A DNA stretch of 64,000 bases. Source: Syntrophobacterales bacterium (lineage in GTDB: Bacteria; Desulfobacterota; Syntrophia; Syntrophales; UBA5619). The stretch is taken from assembly GCA_019429105.1 (NCBI GenBank), contig JAHYJE010000005.1, positions 1,175 through 65,174 of the forward strand, given 5' to 3'. Position 1 is the stretch's first letter, and every line of letters begins with the position of its first letter. This document shows positions 59,857 through 64,000 of the stretch, piece by piece. The translations under genes were made by a program, and so were the position numbers. Under the pieces are notes generated by a model. The model was not told where the DNA came from, did no database searches, and saw nothing but the letters and a program-made list of their open reading frames with translations.

Positions 59857-61998
59857 TTATGAGGGCTTTATCCTGTCAGCCGAAATCACCCCCCGCAACT
59901 TCCGAACTGCAACCGTTAGCTCATTAAATTGCTTCAGGCTTTCAACATTTACGTTGAACTTGCAGGTAACGCGCCCCCCGGTATCCGTATTTACCTCGGC
60001 GTGGGCAATGTTTATGTCCATCGCGGAAATTGCCGAGCTGATTTCCGCAAGCACCCCTTTGCTGTCGTGGCAGACAACCGTCATCTCAACCTGGTATTCC
60101 TTCTTGTCAGCAGCATCCCAGTGTACGCTCACCAACCGCTCCGGATCCATATCTCGGACATGGGGACACGACGTTGTGTGGACAATGATCCCCCGTCCGC
60201 GGGAGATGTACCCGATGATTTCGTCCCCCGGTATCGGATGGCAGCACTTGCCAAAGCTCACCATGATGTCGTCCACCCCGGTTAACGAAACGCCGATTGC
60301 TTCGCTTCCCCCCCCTTTTTTCTTTTTCTTTTCAGGAAGTTCCTCTTTTTTTATCTCCTCTTCGGGCAAAAATTTGTGAGCGACATGCCTGGCAGAAACC
60401 CTCCCGAAACCGATCAGGGAGAGCAGATCGTCGAGGGAATCAACGTGCAGTTCCTTGAACAGCTCCTGCATTTCCGGAGATTTAGCCACCTGTCCGAGCT
60501 TGAGATGATGCTTCCTGAACTCCTTGTCGAGAATATCCTGCCCGAGCGCCAGACTCTTTTCCCGTTCTTCTGCCTTGACCCAGTTTCTAATCTTCGCCAA
60601 GGCGCGCGAGGTAACGGCATATTTCAGCCAGTCCTTGCCGGGGTGGTGCCCGGCCTGGGTAATAATTTCAACCGTATCGCCATTTTGCAGTTGATATTTC
60701 AGGGGGACAATGCTCCTGTTAACCTTGGCGCCGATGCACTGATGCCCCACATCCGTATGCACGCTGTAGGCAAAATCGATCGGCGTGGCGCCTTTCGGAA
60801 AGGCCTTTACCTCCCCCTGGGGAGTAAAAACATAAACATCATCGGGGAAAAGGGCGATCTTCAGGTTGGACATAAACTCACGGGGATCTTTCACCTCCTG
60901 CTGCGCCTCCAGAAGATCCCGGAGCTTTTTTATCTCCTCATCGTCTTTCGAGGCATCCTTCCCCTCTTTGTAGCGCCAGTGGGCGGCAATTCCCCCTTCC
61001 GCCCATTCGTGCATCACCCGGGTCCGGATCTGGATTTCCACCCTCTCCCCGTAGGGACCGATTACCGTCGTATGCAGCGACTGATAATGATTGGCCTTCG
61101 GCATCGCGATATAATCCTTGAACCTTCCCTGAACCGGCTTCCAGAGGGCGTGAACCATGCTGAGCGCCTCGTAGCAGTCCTTGACGGCGTCGGAATCGAG
61201 GATGATGCGGAAGGCGATCAGATCGTACACCTCGTCGAAGTCGATCTTCTGTTCCTTCATTTTTTTATAGATGCTGTAGAGGTGCTTGGCCCTCCCCTCG
61301 AGCTCGCCCCGGATGTTGAACCGCTCCATCTCCCGTGAGATAACCTGTTTGATTTCATTGGTGTATTCGCTTCTTTTATCCTGCTTTCTTTCAATCCTTG
61401 TCGCCAGTTCGTTATAAGCGGCAAAATCGATATAGCGGAATGACAGGTCTTCCAGTTCCGTCTTCATCCAGTTTATCCCGAGCCGATTTGCCAGGGGCGC
61501 GTACAGATCAAGGGTCTCCTGCGATATCTGCAACTGCTTCTCGGGGGGTTGAAACTGCATTGTCCGCATATTATGGACCCGGTCGGCCAGCTTGACAAGC
61601 AGGATGCGAATATCGGTTGACATCGCCAGGATCATCTTCCGGTAATTTTCCGCTTGGCGTTTTTCTTTGCTGCCGAAGGTGATCTTCCCGATCTTTGTCA
61701 TGCCGTCAACCAGAAACGCCACCTCTTTGCCGAAGTATTCTTCAATCTGTTCGATCGTGGTGAGGGTGTCTTCGACGGTGTCGTGCAGCAGTCCGGTGAC
61801 CAGCGTTGCCGTATCGAGTTTCATATCGGCAATAATTCCGCATACCTCCATCGGGTGAGTCAGGTAGGGCTCGCCGGAGAGACGGATCTGTCCCTGATGA
61901 ACGGAGGCCGAAAAGATATAGGCCTTTTCGATCATCCCCATCTGCTCAGCGGAAAGATAGGTTTGGACTTTATCCAGAATGGCGTTTATGCGAAGCAT
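59857..61998 (-). CDS. bifunctional (p)ppGpp synthetase/hydrolase RelA/SpoT homolog
   Basis: It has an HD domain (HPMEV...LLHDTVEDT), a synthetase domain (YQSLHTTV), and TGS and ACT C-terminal domains. The start is the ATG at 61998 or the GTG at 62019. Confidence 0.9.
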   Translation of the reverse strand: MLRINAILDKVQTYLSAEQMGMIEKAYIFSASVHQGQIRLSGEPYLTHPMEVCGIIADMKLDTATLVTGLLHDTVEDTLTTIEQIEEYFGKEVAFLVDGMTKIGKITFGSKEKRQAENYRKMILAMSTDIRILLVKLADRVHNMRTMQFQPPEKQLQISQETLDLYAPLANRLGINWMKTELEDLSFRYIDFAAYNELATRIERKQDKRSEYTNEIKQVISREMERFNIRGELEGRAKHLYSIYKKMKEQKIDFDEVYDLIAFRIILDSDAVKDCYEALSMVHALWKPVQGRFKDYIAMPKANHYQSLHTTVIGPYGERVEIQIRTRVMHEWAEGGIAAHWRYKEGKDASKDDEEIKKLRDLLEAQQEVKDPREFMSNLKIALFPDDVYVFTPQGEVKAFPKGATPIDFAYSVHTDVGHQCIGAKVNRSIVPLKYQLQNGDTVEIITQAGHHPGKDWLKYAVTSRALAKIRNWVKAEEREKSLALGQDILDKEFRKHHLKLGQVAKSPEMQELFKELHVDSLDDLLSLIGFGRVSARHVAHKFLPEEEIKKEELPEKKKKKGGGSEAIGVSLTGVDDIMVSFGKCCHPIPGDEIIGYISRGRGIIVHTTSCPHVRDMDPERLVSVHWDAADKKEYQVEMTVVCHDSKGVLAEISSAISAMDINIAHAEVNTDTGGRVTCKFNVNVESLKQFNELTVAVRKLRGVISADRIKPS

Positions 61999-62139
61999 GG
62001 GGACTGATCCCTTATCCACAACAATTTATCGGCTTTCCGGCCCGCTTCCCGCAGGAAACATACGGGAATGGCAGCCGGGTAAAGATTGAAAAGGGATTCC
62101 GAAAGTGCCAGATGATAATTTATTCCTCGCTGTTATTGA

Positions 62140-63855
62140 CTATTTATTAACATCAATCTGAACTTTTTCGGCCAGAAAAGCCGTCGCCTCGGCAAGGGGA
62201 AGGATTGTGATCTCACCGGTGCGTCGGTCTTTGATTTCGACATTCCCCTCCGCCAGCTTTTTCGGACCGATTGTCACCCGCCAGGGAATGCCTATTAAAT
62301 CAGCATCTTTAAACTTGACGCCGACCCGCTCGTCGCGATCGTCGAAAATGGTTTCAACCCCCCTTGCGAGCAGGGCCTGATAGAGCTCTTCCGCGGCTTT
62401 GGCAAGGACGCTTTCGCTTACGTTGACCGGGGTAATAATGACTTGATAAGGGGCAAGGGCCGGCGGCCAGACAATCCCATCCTTGTCGTTATTCTGTTCG
62501 ATTGCGGCGGCAACGGTCCGGCCGATGCCGATGCCGTAGCACCCCATGAACATAAACTGTTCCTTGCCGTTCCGATCGAGAAAAACCGCCTTCATCGCCT
62601 GGCTGTATTTTAATCCCAATTTGAAGACATGACCGACCTCGATTCCCCGGGCGATGTTGATGACGCCACCACAGCGGGGACAGGAATCGTTTTCCCTGAT
62701 CAGGCGCAGATCGGCAAATTCCTCCAGAGGAAAATCCCTGCCGGGCTTGACGTGAAGCAGGTGAAAATCATCGCGATTGGCGCCCATAACCAGGTCGTTC
62801 CTTCCCAAAAGCGAATAATCGGCGATTATCCGGCATTTGATTCCGACGGCGCCGGCAAATCCCTTTGCCGAACCAGTAACTTTCCTGATCGTCGCCTCAT
62901 CGGCCAAAGCTATTGAATTGCAATGGAGGTAATTCTTGACCTTGATCTCGTTTACCTCATGGTCGCCTCGAACCAGCACCGCCACCGGGATATCATCGGC
63001 GGAAAAAATCAATGTTTTTACAACATCAGACGGTTTGACTTCAAGAAAAGCACCAATATCTTCGATGGTTCTCACCGAGGGAGTGTGAACCTCGGCAATC
63101 GGGGCAACCTCTGTCGCCGGGGCATTGACTTCAGGAAGCGCAACCTCCGCCTTTTCCAGATTGGCCGCATAGTCGCAGGAGCTGCAATAGCAAACGGCAT
63201 CCTCCCCTGAATCAGCCATCACCATGAATTCATGGGAATAATGTCCGCCGATACTGCCAGAATCCGCCTCGACCGGCCGGAAATTCAATCCGCAGCGGGA
63301 AAATATCCGTTTATACGCCTCAAACATTTTTCCGTAGCTGATCTCGCTTCCCGCTTCATCCGCGTCAAAGCTGTACGCGTCCTTCATCCCGAATTCCCGG
63401 GAACGCATAACCCCAAACCGCGGCCTGATTTCGTCACGGAATTTTGTCTGGATCTGGTAGAGATTCTTCGGAAGCTGACGGTAGGTCTTTATTTCGTTTC
63501 TGACCAGGTCGGTGATGACCTCTTCATGGGTGGGCCCGAGACAACACTCCCGGTCATGCCGGTCCCGAAAACGCAGGAGCTCCTTGCCATAATGAACCCA
63601 ACGGCCCGACTCCTGCCATAACTCCGCCGGCTGCACCATCGGCAAAAACACCTCCTGGGCGCCCGCCCGGTTCATCTCCTGTCTGACTATCTCTTCAAAC
63701 TTGCGAAGAACCCGGTAACCGAGCGGCAGCCAGGAATACACACCGCTGGTCAGTTTTCTTATCATCCCGGCCCGCACCATCAACTGATGGCTGACCAACT
63801 CCGCATCGGACGGAATCTCCCGCGCCGTAGGCAGAAACATTTCAGAATAACGCAT
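62140..63855 (-). CDS. proS: proline--tRNA ligase (bacterial type with INS editing domain)
   Basis: The product starts MRYSEMFLPT, has the class II motifs FRDEIRPRFGVMRSREF and GCYGIGIGR, and is 571 aa long. Confidence 0.95.
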   Translation of the reverse strand: MRYSEMFLPTAREIPSDAELVSHQLMVRAGMIRKLTSGVYSWLPLGYRVLRKFEEIVRQEMNRAGAQEVFLPMVQPAELWQESGRWVHYGKELLRFRDRHDRECCLGPTHEEVITDLVRNEIKTYRQLPKNLYQIQTKFRDEIRPRFGVMRSREFGMKDAYSFDADEAGSEISYGKMFEAYKRIFSRCGLNFRPVEADSGSIGGHYSHEFMVMADSGEDAVCYCSSCDYAANLEKAEVALPEVNAPATEVAPIAEVHTPSVRTIEDIGAFLEVKPSDVVKTLIFSADDIPVAVLVRGDHEVNEIKVKNYLHCNSIALADEATIRKVTGSAKGFAGAVGIKCRIIADYSLLGRNDLVMGANRDDFHLLHVKPGRDFPLEEFADLRLIRENDSCPRCGGVINIARGIEVGHVFKLGLKYSQAMKAVFLDRNGKEQFMFMGCYGIGIGRTVAAAIEQNNDKDGIVWPPALAPYQVIITPVNVSESVLAKAAEELYQALLARGVETIFDDRDERVGVKFKDADLIGIPWRVTIGPKKLAEGNVEIKDRRTGEITILPLAEATAFLAEKVQIDVNK

Positions 63856-63870
63856 TAAATCTCCTCACTT

Positions 63871-64000
63871 TTAACTTCCGGCGCGCTCCCCGGACATCAG
63901 ACCAATCTCTTCCAGCAGCACCGGGACGAATTCATCTTCGCGCAGTTTTCGCACCACCTCTCCCTTTTTAAACAGCATGCCCGCGCCCTTTCCCCCGGCA
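63871..64000 (-). CDS. ispG: 3' end of 4-hydroxy-3-methylbut-2-enyl diphosphate synthase (partial, continues beyond the window)
   Basis: The minus strand translates to ...AGGKGAGMLFKKGEVVRKLREDEFVPVLLEEI..., which matches the IspG C-terminal pattern. Adjacency to proS is common. Only 43 codons are visible. Confidence 0.55.
   Translation of the reverse strand, partial: AGGKGAGMLFKKGEVVRKLREDEFVPVLLEEIGLMSGERAGS

Overview
This is a mostly housekeeping chromosomal segment from a moderately GC-rich Gram-negative anaerobe. The gene content suggests Desulfobacterota/Deltaproteobacteria: a PxxKW Cys-rich protein, a four-subunit 2-oxoacid:ferredoxin oxidoreductase, atpZ-atpI-atpB, and pheS-pheT-ihfA-merR. 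The lineage call is inference only.

Conserved blocks, in order:
- partial tmRNA plus smpB, ttcA-like, eno, plsB
- a PTS regulatory trio (IID-like, HPr, EI)
- the classic thrS-infC-rpmI-rplT-pheS-pheT-ihfA string preceded by tRNA-Val
- pgsA, rsmI, uxs-ugd
- the ffh-rpsP-KH-rimM-trmD-rplS-rnhB-yraN string
- argS plus a SPOR protein
- a pilD plus minor-pilin operon
- ribD
- a NusG-paralog plus MASE3-PAS-GGDEF pair
- korDABC plus ACT plus an ArfB-like protein
- atpE, hemL, a UDP-GlcA-epimerase/gmd/fcl set, atpZ-atpI-atpB
- several membrane proteins, two ABC permeases, tRNA-Pro, rdgB, an amidase, relA/spoT, proS and the 3' end of ispG

I did not find a convincing new multi-gene system such as a defence island, CRISPR array or intact mobile element. 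The observations worth a second look are smaller in scale:
- a MITE-like inverted-repeat element, with a third copy of its terminus about 10 kb away next to a decayed AbiEii-type toxin-antitoxin pair
- a split F0 operon, with an inverted atpE that carries a signal-peptide-like extension
- single-base homopolymer frameshifts confined to accessory genes
- an integrase remnant at tRNA-Pro, next to orphan ABC permeases and an adenylate cyclase fragment
- an rdgB stop codon that lies inside tRNA-Pro
- an AUA-initiated infC
- a promoter-to-terminator unit upstream of the PxxKW gene
- a perfect 14-bp palindrome between pilD and the minor-pilin operon

All homology calls come from motif recognition by eye. 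No database search was run.
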